This document shows positions 17,916 through 31,226 of a DNA stretch of 64,000 nt, one piece after another. Made by a program: the position numbers and the translations under genes. Where the stretch lies: contig JBEKGF010000023.1 of assembly GCA_050012935.1 (NCBI GenBank), positions 4,554-68,553 on the forward strand, given 5' to 3'. Within the stretch, counting starts at the first letter, position 1; the number at the start of each line of letters is the position of its first letter. Below the pieces are notes generated by a model that was not told the origin of the DNA, did not search any database, and saw only the letters and a list, made by a program, of their open reading frames with translations. This DNA comes from Edaphobacter sp. (GTDB lineage Bacteria; Acidobacteriota; Terriglobia; Terriglobales; Acidobacteriaceae).

Positions 17916-19970
17916 TCACAGAGCGGCAATCTTCTTCTCGACCTCCGCCCCCAGGGCTTCCTGCGCCTCAGGCTCCATCGTCTTCACCACACTCAGCGCT
18001 CGTTCATAAGCCACGCGAGCCTCATCCTTCCGCCCCACGGCAACCAGCGCATCCCCCAGCGTCACCTCCGGCTCATACTCATCCGGAGCGATCGCCACAG
18101 CCTGTTGCGCAGCCCCCACAGCGCCAGCAAAATTCTTCTCCCTGGTCAACCGGCTCGACTCAGCAACATGGCTCAAAGCCGAAGCCAGCGGCACCCGAAA
18201 CGTGCCCTCGAATACTTCCACGCCATCCTGAATCGAAGCAACCGGAGTAAGTCGTTCGAACTCGCGATAAGGATTCAGCGCATTCGAACCGAACTCAAAT
18301 CCCGTCAGCGTTCCCGCACTGATAAACACCGTCCCACGAATCACAACTGGAACCGGTCGCTGCACCTTGGTGAAATAAGTATCGGGCGTCGGCAAAGCTT
18401 TGCACGGAATCCCATAATCCTCAGGCCGAAGAAACGGATCGGCAAAATAAGCAAACCAGCACTCCTTGATGCCATGCTCATCCGTATATCGCTTCACCGC
18501 GAGCAACTGTTGCGCCCAGTCTGTATTCGAGTCCGTCAGATACTTATAAGTCTGCGAAGGCCCGCCCCAAAGCTCATTCGAGTAAGCCATGTAATCCGGA
18601 TAAGCCCTCGCCGAAGACACCATCTGGCAAAGCAGCAACACGCCAACAGCATAACTCCAGCCCCGGTTCTTCCAACTCCAGCCGCACTCTCGCCCCTCGG
18701 ATTCAATCCAGGCCCAGCTTCCACCTGCCGCAAACACCGAAAGAAACACATACACCGGCAAAATGTGCCGCGCGCCAATGTTGAGACTCGACCCCATCGC
18801 AACCCAGAAGTACACCACCGCAGGAATCAGCAGAAACAAAATCTCGCGCCACCGCCGAAACCGCCCTGCAGCAATCGCCACAATAGCAAGCACCACCAAC
18901 GCCAGAAATCCCAGCGTTGATTTAATCAACAGCACAGCCGGAAAGTAGAACCACACTCCATGCTCATAAACCTTGCCAAAGATATACGAAGGCATCCCAT
19001 TCGCCATCGCCCGCACATCCGCCAACCCATACAGATAAGACTCAGGCAGAAGATGAAGCCGCGCCAGCAACATAATCCACTTCGCCTCGGCTGCCTTCAA
19101 AGGATGCACATAATCCGCAAGCGAAGGATCAAGACGCAGACCCAAAGGCCGAGCCGCATAGCGAAATCCATAGAACGCCCACAACACCCCAACCGCTATC
19201 ACTCCAATCAACGCCAGCGACCAGACCATCTGCAACGTACGCCTGCCCCGGGCATCGCCATTTAACCGAAACACAGCCTCGCACCCTGCCAGCCCAACCA
19301 GCATCGGCAACAGAAGCACAGCAGAGTGTTTCGTCGCCAACGCCAACCCTGCTGCCAATCCCGCCACTAGCAGTCGACCCGCCGACCGCACCTTGCAATA
19401 CCGGTAAAATGCATACACCGCCGCAAAAAAGAAACACGAAACACCCGTGTCGGTCGTAACAAAAGCGCCATGCGCCAGCACGGTAGGCTCAAACGTCAAC
19501 AGCACCAGAGCCACAAACGCAGCGCCTGTCCCAAACATCTCTCGCGCAGCCACAAATGCGAGCAGCCCCATCAGGATCGCCACGATCCCTGCTGCCATCC
19601 GCACCCGAAACGTCAGCGACTCCACGCTGTAATCCGGCGCATTGTCGAACAGCAGCTCTCGCCCATCTAAATAAGCTTCATCTTTAAAGTACCGATGCTG
19701 CAGCGCCGGAACCTTCAGCGGAAGCCCAAGCAGCGGCACCGTCGCCAGCATCTTCATCAGCGGAGGATGTTCTGGATTCAATCCAAAGTCATGCGTCTTC
19801 CACGACATGTAACCCGCAAAGATGTGGTCGCCCTCGTCCCACGTCAGCGACTCCTGCCGCACGGTAGACCCAAGCTGCCATCCAAACAGCAGCAACAGAA
19901 GACACACACCGGCATAGACAGAGAGACATCGCGGTTCAATCTTCGGCATGATTTTCATAGACCGCATCAT
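17916..19970 (-). CDS. Glycosyltransferase family 39 (ArnT/PMT-like, GT-C fold) with C-terminal TPR-like tail
   Basis: TWDEGDHIFAG, NPEHPPLMK, HGAFVTTD, ALATKHSA and IGARHILP, with many TM helices. Start lies between 19949 and 20000. Confidence 0.8.
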   Translation of the reverse strand: MMRSMKIMPKIEPRCLSVYAGVCLLLLLFGWQLGSTVRQESLTWDEGDHIFAGYMSWKTHDFGLNPEHPPLMKMLATVPLLGLPLKVPALQHRYFKDEAYLDGRELLFDNAPDYSVESLTFRVRMAAGIVAILMGLLAFVAAREMFGTGAAFVALVLLTFEPTVLAHGAFVTTDTGVSCFFFAAVYAFYRYCKVRSAGRLLVAGLAAGLALATKHSAVLLLPMLVGLAGCEAVFRLNGDARGRRTLQMVWSLALIGVIAVGVLWAFYGFRYAARPLGLRLDPSLADYVHPLKAAEAKWIMLLARLHLLPESYLYGLADVRAMANGMPSYIFGKVYEHGVWFYFPAVLLIKSTLGFLALVVLAIVAIAAGRFRRWREILFLLIPAVVYFWVAMGSSLNIGARHILPVYVFLSVFAAGGSWAWIESEGRECGWSWKNRGWSYAVGVLLLCQMVSSARAYPDYMAYSNELWGGPSQTYKYLTDSNTDWAQQLLAVKRYTDEHGIKECWFAYFADPFLRPEDYGIPCKALPTPDTYFTKVQRPVPVVIRGTVFISAGTLTGFEFGSNALNPYREFERLTPVASIQDGVEVFEGTFRVPLASALSHVAESSRLTREKNFAGAVGAAQQAVAIAPDEYEPEVTLGDALVAVGRKDEARVAYERALSVVKTMEPEAQEALGAEVEKKIAAL

Positions 19971-20082
19971 TCTACGGTCCCTGCCTACATCTCCGCCCAT
20001 CTTCTCAGAAGATTGTTTGTCGTAATCGGAGTTACACGATCACCTTGACCAGGCCACCTCGACGACAAATTGCTCATACTTA

Positions 20083-20111
20083 AAAATAAAGAGGGCCGGT
20101 TCAACCGGCCC
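20083..20111 (-). terminator. Intrinsic terminator after the TonB-dependent receptor
   Basis: GGGCCGGT-tca-ACCGGCCC stem followed on the minus strand by TCTTTATTTTT. Confidence 0.75.
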
Positions 20112-20133
20112 CCCAATAAGTACTGCAGTTACC

Positions 20134-23100
20134 TTAGAAATTGAAGCTGACCTGCAGACGAATTGTCCGAGGATGCTGCCAGTAAAGCGGCTTGCCATAT
20201 TGGCTGTTGATGGTCTCCGGTCCAGCCACATTATTCGACAACTGCCCGCCAATAGGCGCACCGTTGAGCGAAGCCTGTACGTTGTACGGAGCTGTTGCCG
20301 CGGCATAGAACGGAATGCCATTGAAAACAGGCTGGCCGTTAGGAGTAATGTACTGGGTGCCACTATAAGCGGAGTCGACTTGCGAGTAGACTGCCGTGAC
20401 CGCGTGTTCGTTGAACAGATTGGTAAAGGTCGACTGGAAGTTCAGAGACTTTGCCTCGCCGATGGCATACGACTGACTGAAGCTGAAGTCTGTCTCGTTG
20501 TACCAGGGATTACGGTATGTAAAAGGATTTCCCACAGTAACCGCACCGGTGCTGGCGTTTTGCGTTATGTTTGCCCACTTGCCCCAATCGAACAGCTTGA
20601 CCGGGAAGGCATTCTCGCTATAGCCCACGTCGGCATAGGTCGTGTTGGGCGAACCCTCATAGAAATACTGGAAGAGACCGAGGTTGCTCGTGAAGTTGTG
20701 CAGCCACTTGAATTGATAATAAGCGTCCGCCTTGAGAGTGTTGGGGCGATCTGTCGGCAACAACCCGCTCGAAGAACCACCAAATGCGTTGTACTGGAAG
20801 TAGGGTTCATCGAAGGCGCGGCTGTTGTTTGGCGAATTACGCCCACCGCTTCCACCGTCAGAGAGATCCGAGCTGGTCAGGCCGGTATAGTTTCCACGGA
20901 AGTGGCTATAGGTGTAAGAGAACAGCCCATACCAGTGATTGCTCATCGCCTTGGTCACGCGCAACTCGACACCATCGTAGCTGCGAGCCGCCTGGGGGTT
21001 GTTGTTTGCAGGAAATGGACCGCCCCCATTGGCGCAAGAGGAAGAGCCGTAACCGTAGAGGAAGTTGCAATACCCGCTAACCGTTGCGTTGACGCCCTGG
21101 CCCGGGTTGACGATCACGAATGTCTCACCCTCGGTTGGGCTATAAACTGCCGCATCTTCGATCACGTGGTCGAGACGTCGTCGGTCATAACGTACTTCGA
21201 GTGCTATTGTCCTGTTCAACTGATAGTCGGTGCCAAAAAGTGCCTCATGCTGTTCGTAAGGCTTCAAGCCGGGAGCAACGCCTTCCTGGGTCACGCTGCA
21301 GGTTGGGCAAGTGGTCGGAAAGGCACGCTGGTTGAGGTTTTCCACGAACAGCGCATTGGAGGGAGCGGTTCCACTCGCAAAATTCGCACCCGTGGAAGTA
21401 TTGCCAGACGGGCAGTAACGGCCCGCGCTGTTGAACTTCGGAACGATAGTCTGGTAATTGGAGTTCGTCAGCACGTAGGAGCAGTTGTTCCAGTACTGGC
21501 CGCCAAATGAGCTGATCGCAACGTTAAGCTTCATCTGGTCATAGAACTGGCCATAACCACCGAAGACCTTCAGCTTGCCGTTACGGAAGACATCCCAGGC
21601 GACACCGATACGGGGAGCAATCTTGTCCTTCCAACCGAAATTGATGGGCTTCTGAGGCGCCCCGCCACCGAACGCCTCGCCGGGAAGGTATTCCTTTTCA
21701 GCGCGGATTCCGGCATCGATTGTGATGCCACGTCCCGCTGTCCATGAGTCCTGACCGTAGAAGCCGTTGTCATACGCAATGGCGCTGCCCCCGGTGCCGA
21801 AATCGTACACGGTCGCATAACCATCTCCGTTGGCATCCTGGCAACTACCCGTACCAAGTTGCGTCCCGATTGCGGTGCAATTCGCTGTTCCGAGCGGACT
21901 GCCAGGACTATAGACCGTCCCAGGAAACAGCTGGATCTGCGGCTCGTTATAAATTTGCTGAATGAGATTGGAGTTCCGGTTGACCTGGTAGCCGAACTTG
22001 AAGTTATGCGTGCCGAACTTCGTGCTCTTGAACCATGCGAAATCCTGACTGAACTCGATTGCCTTGCTGGAGTTGTAGTTCGTGATCTGATTCAGCGGTC
22101 CACTTAAAGCCCCTTGGGTCTGACCGAAACCGCTTGTCTGCCACGAGTACACCACGCCGCCCAACGGATATCCGAAGTCGTGATAGTTCTCGAAGTAATA
22201 CCCGAAGCGGCTGGTCGATACGACGGTTGGCGAGATCGAATAGTCAGCTCCAGTGTTGACTGTTATGTTTGGAGCCGTGAAACCCAGATTGTGACCATAG
22301 GTATCGGGAGAGTTTCCTGAAGACAGATTGAATTGTCCTTGCCCCGTGGAGTAGTTGAAGGCTTGGACGGAATCAGCGAACGGCAGTTGTTCGCCATGCT
22401 GCTTCTGGAGCTGGTAGAGCCACGAGCCGAAGACGCGAACCCTTTTGCTGGCCTGAACGTCCACGCGAGCGACTGTGTAATAGGTGTTCGTGTTCTGGCT
22501 AAAGGGAATCACACCGGTTGCCGGGTTGCCGGCAGAAGCCGGGCCGTAGTTCACGCTGCGAGCGTCGCGGTTCAAATCAGGATTGAAGCCGACGAAGAAG
22601 AAGACTTTATCCCGCCATGCCGAAGACAAAAAGGGAAGCAATGGGCCGCCCAACGTGAAGCCAGGCCGCACGTCGCTGTAATGGTCCTTCGAATTCTGAT
22701 AGCTCTGATAGTTCGCGTCGCTAAGACCCTGATAGCCGGGAAAACAGCCAGTCGTTGGTGGGTTCGTTTGAGGTGACGGGCAACCGGGGAGAGATGAGGC
22801 CGATGTGGCCCAGTTGGTCGGGGTTGGACTAGACGTCGGGTCATAGCGTAGCGTGCCATTTGGGCCTGCGTCGAGCCCTTGATTCTCAAACTGCATGAAG
22901 ACCGAACCGTGAAATCTGGCGGTGCCCTTCTTCATAACGACGTTGACGACGCCGCCGAGCGCGCCGCCATACTCGGCCTGCACGCCAGAGCTCTTGACCT
23001 CAACCTCTTGAATAAAGTCGAACGGCACGTTGGTGTGGGAGTAGCCGCCGATCAGATTGGCCGTCTCCTGTCCTTCAACAAGGTAGGAGTTTTCAGAGTC

Positions 23101-23721
23101 AGAGCCACCGGCGATCGAATATCCGAAAGATTGACCGTTGCTGCCATTGCCCGGAGAAACGCTGCCGCTGCCATTGGTCGTGGTATTTCCCATCAGCGGC
23201 TCGTTGCGAGCCGAAGGAGCAAACTGAATGACCGACTGGAACGATGTTCCGCGCGGGACGAAATCGATTACGTCCTGGGTGACGTTCGTCAACGTTGTAA
23301 CAGAAGTGACATCGATCGTGGGAGCCGCTGCGCTTACCTCAACCACAGTCGCTTCGCCGCCAACCGCAACGGTCAGGTCGACAGTTGGAAAGTGGCCTAC
23401 CTCGAGAATCAGCCCCTCGCGCCTTAGCGTCGTGAATCCTTTCGCTGTGACGTTGATGACATAAGGCCCCGGAGGAAGATTGGCGAACCGGTAATTTCCC
23501 GCTTTGTCGGTCACAACCGTCTTGTCGCCAACGAGCGTCGGACTGGAAATTGTTACCGTCGCATTTGGAATGACGGCACCTGTACCGTCCTTAACTGCGC
23601 CTTGCAGGCCAGCCGTCGTTTCTTGTGCGTAAGCAGTTGGTGTTGCGGTAAAGGGAAGTGAGGAGAGTAAAACGAAGAAGAAAACGCAGAAAAGACTAGG
23701 CAAAGCCCGATAAATTCGCAT
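20134..23721 (-). CDS. Oar-like TonB-dependent receptor with N-terminal carboxypeptidase-regulatory-like domain
   Basis: Signal peptide, GAVKDGTGAVIPNATVTI...GNYRFANLPPG, AEYGGALGGVVNVV, long beta-barrel and C-terminal PRTIRLQVSFNF. Confidence 0.92.
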   Translation of the reverse strand: MRIYRALPSLFCVFFFVLLSSLPFTATPTAYAQETTAGLQGAVKDGTGAVIPNATVTISSPTLVGDKTVVTDKAGNYRFANLPPGPYVINVTAKGFTTLRREGLILEVGHFPTVDLTVAVGGEATVVEVSAAAPTIDVTSVTTLTNVTQDVIDFVPRGTSFQSVIQFAPSARNEPLMGNTTTNGSGSVSPGNGSNGQSFGYSIAGGSDSENSYLVEGQETANLIGGYSHTNVPFDFIQEVEVKSSGVQAEYGGALGGVVNVVMKKGTARFHGSVFMQFENQGLDAGPNGTLRYDPTSSPTPTNWATSASSLPGCPSPQTNPPTTGCFPGYQGLSDANYQSYQNSKDHYSDVRPGFTLGGPLLPFLSSAWRDKVFFFVGFNPDLNRDARSVNYGPASAGNPATGVIPFSQNTNTYYTVARVDVQASKRVRVFGSWLYQLQKQHGEQLPFADSVQAFNYSTGQGQFNLSSGNSPDTYGHNLGFTAPNITVNTGADYSISPTVVSTSRFGYYFENYHDFGYPLGGVVYSWQTSGFGQTQGALSGPLNQITNYNSSKAIEFSQDFAWFKSTKFGTHNFKFGYQVNRNSNLIQQIYNEPQIQLFPGTVYSPGSPLGTANCTAIGTQLGTGSCQDANGDGYATVYDFGTGGSAIAYDNGFYGQDSWTAGRGITIDAGIRAEKEYLPGEAFGGGAPQKPINFGWKDKIAPRIGVAWDVFRNGKLKVFGGYGQFYDQMKLNVAISSFGGQYWNNCSYVLTNSNYQTIVPKFNSAGRYCPSGNTSTGANFASGTAPSNALFVENLNQRAFPTTCPTCSVTQEGVAPGLKPYEQHEALFGTDYQLNRTIALEVRYDRRRLDHVIEDAAVYSPTEGETFVIVNPGQGVNATVSGYCNFLYGYGSSSCANGGGPFPANNNPQAARSYDGVELRVTKAMSNHWYGLFSYTYSHFRGNYTGLTSSDLSDGGSGGRNSPNNSRAFDEPYFQYNAFGGSSSGLLPTDRPNTLKADAYYQFKWLHNFTSNLGLFQYFYEGSPNTTYADVGYSENAFPVKLFDWGKWANITQNASTGAVTVGNPFTYRNPWYNETDFSFSQSYAIGEAKSLNFQSTFTNLFNEHAVTAVYSQVDSAYSGTQYITPNGQPVFNGIPFYAAATAPYNVQASLNGAPIGGQLSNNVAGPETINSQYGKPLYWQHPRTIRLQVSFNF

Positions 23722-24645
23722 ACTTTCTGCAAGGCATTTTCTATGCCATTCGCTCGCGACAACAAACTTTTTTACCATCTCTATGATTCAAATGGATTAA
23801 ATCGAAACTTCTTCAGAGAGTGCGTAAGCAGCTCATATTCCAAACCGCGAAGCTGTCCCTTAACACTTTCGTGAATCCTTGAGGGAACCCAACGTCACCG
23901 CCGGGCTCGGGCATTATACGTGGGTTTCTTCGGAAAGTTGCAGGTTTAAATGAATGAATCCTCATTTATTTTCAATTCAGCCCAAATTTAAGTGCATTCA
24001 TCACTAAATTCTGTTATTCGTCACAAAGTCTCCGAGATGTCCAGATTTTGTCACGGAATTGTAAACAGAAATATGGAAAATTGGATCGTTCGGACTTTAT
24101 GTCACCCAACATGACGCTCGCGTAGCTGGAAATTCGTTGATTTCATCTACTCCCGTTCCGCAAAACGCTGTCGGGCGCGCATTCTTTCGCTTCTTTATTA
24201 CGGTGGTGGTCTTTCGCGTCATCTGCTTCATCTTGTCCTCGAAAAAAAATCCTTCAGTTAGGCGGCGTCCAGTCGTGTTCCAAATGCCTTGACCGCTAAC
24301 CCTCGAAGTCCTCTCAAATGGCCAAAGCCATCCGGAACCTCAAAGTTTGCTGCTCAACTGCAATTGAGTTTTGAGCTCAGGTTGAACCGGCAGGGAACCG
24401 AATCCTATAATGCAACCAACCTGCAGTCATCACTGGCTGTAGCTCCAGGTTCTCGCGGTCTCTGCCAGGAGATTGTTCCGCGGGAATCTGGCCTCATCAC
24501 TCCCAGAAAATCCCTCTGAATTTCCCGTGTTTCTCGTAAAAAGTCAGAATATACGACGGGACTAGTCCGATATCAAGTGAATATACGACAAATCCAGTCT
24601 GTATTTCGATTATCGCTCAACTTTCTCGTCAATGAGGAATTCGCC

Positions 24646-26136
24646 TTATCGATCCGGTACGGAATAAACCGTCAACCCGGTCGCTGCAGCAAATGTATGA
24701 GGTACATACCCCAAATCACCTATCGCAAACTCGTTTAGCTGAACTTCGGAGATGTGATATTGCATCTCCATCTCCGGGCCTGCCAGAATCCAGTCGGGCC
24801 TTGTCTGACTTGCCCAACTCTCGAAGCTTTGCAAATCAGTAAGATCGAAAATAGCTCCGCGCGCTTTTGGACGTGCGAAGTAAACATTCGGAATCCCGAT
24901 GGAATCGAACATCGTCGAGCTTCGCTCCGGTCTGGATGCTTCCAGATCACGAAGGCAATGGATGGTAAGGAGGCCGGAATGTTTGTTTGGGATTTGCCGT
25001 TTCACTAGTGGCTTTGCAACGATCAGTGCCGTTGCCAAAATAAGCAGCAATGGTACAGAAACCGTCCTGATCGCCCGCCGAGGCATAAATACCTGAAGAG
25101 CAAACAATACAATAGCGGGGAAAGCAATTACCGCATAGTGGCGCCGCGGATAAATTACCAGGCTCCCAACTACAACGGGAACGCTGATCATAAGGATAAA
25201 GATGCTGGCCGGCAATAGAGACCGATCCTTCTTAATCAGCCATGTATAGGCAAGCACAGCAAGCAAAAACATCAAAGGGAGAAAAAACTTCGGATCGGCC
25301 GCATTCGCGGCGAGATGTCCGAGAAATAGACGAGGATTGGAATGAAAAAAAACTCCGATTGTAGCCTTGCGTCCAGCCGCTACATGAAAAACCTTATAGG
25401 CATAAAGTGAAAGCGGTGGACTCTCTCCTCCAAGCAGGCCTTTCTCGGATGCTCGCACATTGAAGTGTTGTACGAACGCAAGTCCGGAACGGCTCTGATC
25501 TGAGTGGCTTATTACGACAAGCATCGTGCCCATCAAACACAGAATCACGAAAACTGCGAGGGTTGCCTTTCTCTTCGACTCTTGAAAGCCTTTTGCCACG
25601 ATTGCGATAACGGCGGCGATGCCCGAAACGAAAACTCCGTATTCAAACTCGGGCCGGCAGAAGGCAGCTACAAAGCACAGTAGGCAGCATTGGGATAATG
25701 CTTCAACGACTGACAAATTCCATCGAAGAATCAGGCACAGTCCGATAACAAAAAACATTGAAGCGAATAGAGAAACATAGGGTCCGACGCTAAAAAAAGG
25801 AACGCTGAATAAAATCAGCACATAAATCCATGCAGACCGAATTCGCATTAGCCAGGGAATTATCGCGACGATCGTTACCAACAGCCCCCAGGAGAAAAAA
25901 TATCGCCACACTGGATTGGGACACACGAAACTGAGAACTCTGAACCACAGAGAATAAAGAGGTCCCTCCGTCAGCTCATGGAGGAACATTGACGCGTGAA
26001 TTTGGGTGCCCCGGTCTAAATAGTAGGACTCGTCATAAAAAAGAATGTCTTGCCATAGACAGGCAAATAGCAGATAGATTCCGACAAGACAAAAGATGAG
26101 GGTCTTTTCCTTATTTCTACTTAGCGTCTGAAGCAA
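24646..26136 (-). CDS. Polytopic membrane protein, probable GT-C-fold glycosyltransferase
   Basis: About 11-12 TM helices, with YDESYY right after TM1, FCRPE and PRRHY. AT-rich codon usage. Confidence 0.55.
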   Translation of the reverse strand: MLQTLSRNKEKTLIFCLVGIYLLFACLWQDILFYDESYYLDRGTQIHASMFLHELTEGPLYSLWFRVLSFVCPNPVWRYFFSWGLLVTIVAIIPWLMRIRSAWIYVLILFSVPFFSVGPYVSLFASMFFVIGLCLILRWNLSVVEALSQCCLLCFVAAFCRPEFEYGVFVSGIAAVIAIVAKGFQESKRKATLAVFVILCLMGTMLVVISHSDQSRSGLAFVQHFNVRASEKGLLGGESPPLSLYAYKVFHVAAGRKATIGVFFHSNPRLFLGHLAANAADPKFFLPLMFLLAVLAYTWLIKKDRSLLPASIFILMISVPVVVGSLVIYPRRHYAVIAFPAIVLFALQVFMPRRAIRTVSVPLLLILATALIVAKPLVKRQIPNKHSGLLTIHCLRDLEASRPERSSTMFDSIGIPNVYFARPKARGAIFDLTDLQSFESWASQTRPDWILAGPEMEMQYHISEVQLNEFAIGDLGYVPHTFAAATGLTVYSVPDR

Positions 26137-26314
26137 ATTGACACCCTATTTGGAAATCGCGTAGTTGCGCAGTCGGAGAGTCTCAAGCTCCTTAGATCAA
26201 ATCCTTTACCGGATACTTGGCGATCTTTCGCCTGCTGCGCAAGAGTAACATTTTACAGCCCTGCCACGGCACGGAAGACGCTTCCAATTCCCTATATAAT
26301 GGCTTTATAAATCC

Positions 26315-29221
<2,907 letters not shown>

Positions 29222-29278
29222 TTCCTAAAATGGATTCAGATCCATAGAATTTTCATTATCGGCCTAGATTTCCTAAAT

Positions 29279-29307
29279 TTCATGCCGTAATCTGATTACG
29301 GCATGAA
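29279..29307. promoter_or_regulatory. Perfect 14+1+14 bp inverted repeat covering the methyltransferase start codon
   Basis: TTCATGCCGTAATC-T-GATTACGGCATGAA; the ATG at 29303 lies in the right arm. Confidence 0.7.
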
Positions 29308-30172
29308 GCTCGAATATGAAACTCAGCTCGGTCGTCTCTTCCAGTCGGACTGCATTACGCTTTTGAAGTCGATTGCAACCGATAGCGTGGATACCTTCTT
29401 CGCCGACCCACCTTTCAATCTGAATAAGCATTATGGTCCTGAGTCTTCTGATGATCTTTCTGAGGCTCACTATCTCGCTTGGAGTCAGAGCTGGCTATTA
29501 GAGGCAATTCGCACACTGACGCCCGGTGGTTCTCTCTTTCTTTATAATTTGCCAAAATGGTTGATGCCGCTGGGAGCCTTCCTAATGGCTCAGCCTCAGA
29601 TGACCTTCAAACATTGGATTGCTGTGGAGAAGGCCCACAGTCTGCCCATTCCTAACCGATTGTCGACCAGCCACTATGGCATCCTCTTTTTTATAAAAGG
29701 CAACAGACCGCGTGTGTTCGACCGTGATGCTGTCAGAATTCCAATCAAGACTTGCAGGCACTGTGGCAAGGATATTAAGGACTACGGTGGCCACAAGAAA
29801 TACCTAAATGAAAAGGGCCTGAATCTCGGAGATGTCTGGACCGACGTCCCACCGGTTAGACATAAAAAATATAAATATCGGGGAGCTAATGAACTGGCTC
29901 CCGTACTACTCGAACGCGTAATAAGGCTTACGACCAATCCAGGGGACTTGATCTGCGATCCCTTCGCAGGAGGTGGGACAACCGCGTATGTCGCAGAGAA
30001 GCTAGGTCGATCGTGGATTTCGGGAGATATCGGCGACTGTGAACCCGCTCGGCTGCGTCTCATCGATCTTGCCAATGGTTGCGATCCAGAGTGGAAATCT
30101 ACGTCCGAGCGCTTCCTTCATAAGTGCGAGCCTATAGGCTCCCTTTCTTTCTCTTTTTCGGACTCGCCTTAG
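29303..30172 (+). CDS. Type II DNA methyltransferase, beta class, M.BamHI-like (probable m4C)
   Basis: FADPPFNL motif IV before DPFAGGGTT motif I. IPIKTCRHCGKDIKDYGG...DVWTDVPPVRH closely parallels M.BamHI as I recall it. Confidence 0.88.
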   Translation: MKLEYETQLGRLFQSDCITLLKSIATDSVDTFFADPPFNLNKHYGPESSDDLSEAHYLAWSQSWLLEAIRTLTPGGSLFLYNLPKWLMPLGAFLMAQPQMTFKHWIAVEKAHSLPIPNRLSTSHYGILFFIKGNRPRVFDRDAVRIPIKTCRHCGKDIKDYGGHKKYLNEKGLNLGDVWTDVPPVRHKKYKYRGANELAPVLLERVIRLTTNPGDLICDPFAGGGTTAYVAEKLGRSWISGDIGDCEPARLRLIDLANGCDPEWKSTSERFLHKCEPIGSLSFSFSDSP

Positions 30173-30986
30173 CTTTTACAGTGCTCTTCGTCTTCGATTT
30201 GGTCTTGTTCACAAATCTACGTGCATTGCCGTCTGACCCGACTGGAATAAAAATACGCAAATCGGAACTCTTTATGAGTTCGTCCTGTTCAACTTCTATA
30301 ACCGCAAGTATCCCCTTGCCGATGCGCGGCGCAACACTTTGCCAGAAGTAGAAATAAGGCTGAAGTTCCGTAATATTGCCGATGCGATCTGTTAGGTGCG
30401 GACGCAAGGCGGCTGAGGGAACAATCAATACCGCCGCATCTACGAGCCCACCCATAAGAGCCAAGCACATCTTGTTGAGAGACCGGTGCGAAGACGAAAT
30501 GTTCCCGGTTTCCCACTCAACGACTACTCGGAAGCCATCTTTGCTCTGAAACCAAAAATCAAACTCGCCCACTCCTTCATGAAGTGGATCTTTCAAAGCC
30601 TCACCCGTTGGGTATAAGAAGATCTTCTCAAGTGCTTCATTGTTTCTGGTCACTTCGAAGTATTTTGCTAAATCCAGCGGCTCTTCAGCTTTCCAGTCCA
30701 ACGAAGCCACTAGGTTCTGTCGAAACATCTTCCGCAAAGGCAGCACACCATTTCTGAGATTCTTCGCTTCTGCGGTCCACTTGGTTGTCTTGCCTATTAA
30801 CGTCGTGTATGAATCGCCGGGCTTCAGTTGGATGATGCGTGGAAGAGTAAACTTCCGATCCGTCGCATTTAGGGGCCAAACGCATTTTTGGATCGCTGAA
30901 TATATGGCTTCATGAGCAACTTTCCAGTTCTCGCTCTTTGTTGTTTCTTTTCGGTCGATCAAGACGAATGTCTTATTTGCTTTCAT
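30132..30986 (-). CDS. Type II restriction endonuclease, BamHI family
   Basis: NGVLPL...EEPLD...GEFDFW...VEWETGNISSSHRSLNKM...LTDRIGNITELQPYF...IPVGSDG parallels BamHI (EFETGNISSAHRSMNK, LTDRVTNFEELEPYF, PKGSDG). Confidence 0.88.
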   Translation of the reverse strand: MKANKTFVLIDRKETTKSENWKVAHEAIYSAIQKCVWPLNATDRKFTLPRIIQLKPGDSYTTLIGKTTKWTAEAKNLRNGVLPLRKMFRQNLVASLDWKAEEPLDLAKYFEVTRNNEALEKIFLYPTGEALKDPLHEGVGEFDFWFQSKDGFRVVVEWETGNISSSHRSLNKMCLALMGGLVDAAVLIVPSAALRPHLTDRIGNITELQPYFYFWQSVAPRIGKGILAVIEVEQDELIKSSDLRIFIPVGSDGNARRFVNKTKSKTKSTVKAKASPKKRKKGSL

Positions 30987-31203
30987 CGGAGGTCTCCGAG
31001 AAGCTAAATAAGGCTGAGATCGGCAATCCGAATGCCTGCCCAAATTGTTCCAAATTGTCGAAAGACGGCGAATTACGACCGCGCTCGATGAGGCTCAAGA
31101 AATCGATCGAAATTCCTATTTTTTCAGCGAGAGCTTCTTGGGTTAACCCTCGCGATTTACGTAAGAATTGAATCCGGCGACCGAAAAGCTCTCGTAACGT
31201 CAT
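30973..31203 (-). CDS. Controller (C) protein, XRE-type HTH, of the R-M system
   Basis: FGRRIQFLRKSRGLTQEALAEKIGISIDFLSLIERGRNSPS. Same strand as the REase and overlaps its start by 14 bp. Alternative start at 31221. Confidence 0.88.
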   Translation of the reverse strand: MTLRELFGRRIQFLRKSRGLTQEALAEKIGISIDFLSLIERGRNSPSFDNLEQFGQAFGLPISALFSFSETSDESK

Positions 31204-31207
31204 TACG

Positions 31208-31226
31208 GCAGGGTGAGTCATCCTGC
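31208..31226. promoter_or_regulatory. Candidate C-protein operator (19-bp near-palindrome)
   Basis: GCAGG-G-TGAGTCA-T-CCTGC, 16 of 19 positions self-complementary, 4 bp upstream of ATG 31203. Confidence 0.5.

Noticed and set aside
24289-24519. 76-aa ORF in the long intergenic region
   Set aside because: It has a TTG start without SD, no motif and atypical composition. It is more likely non-coding.
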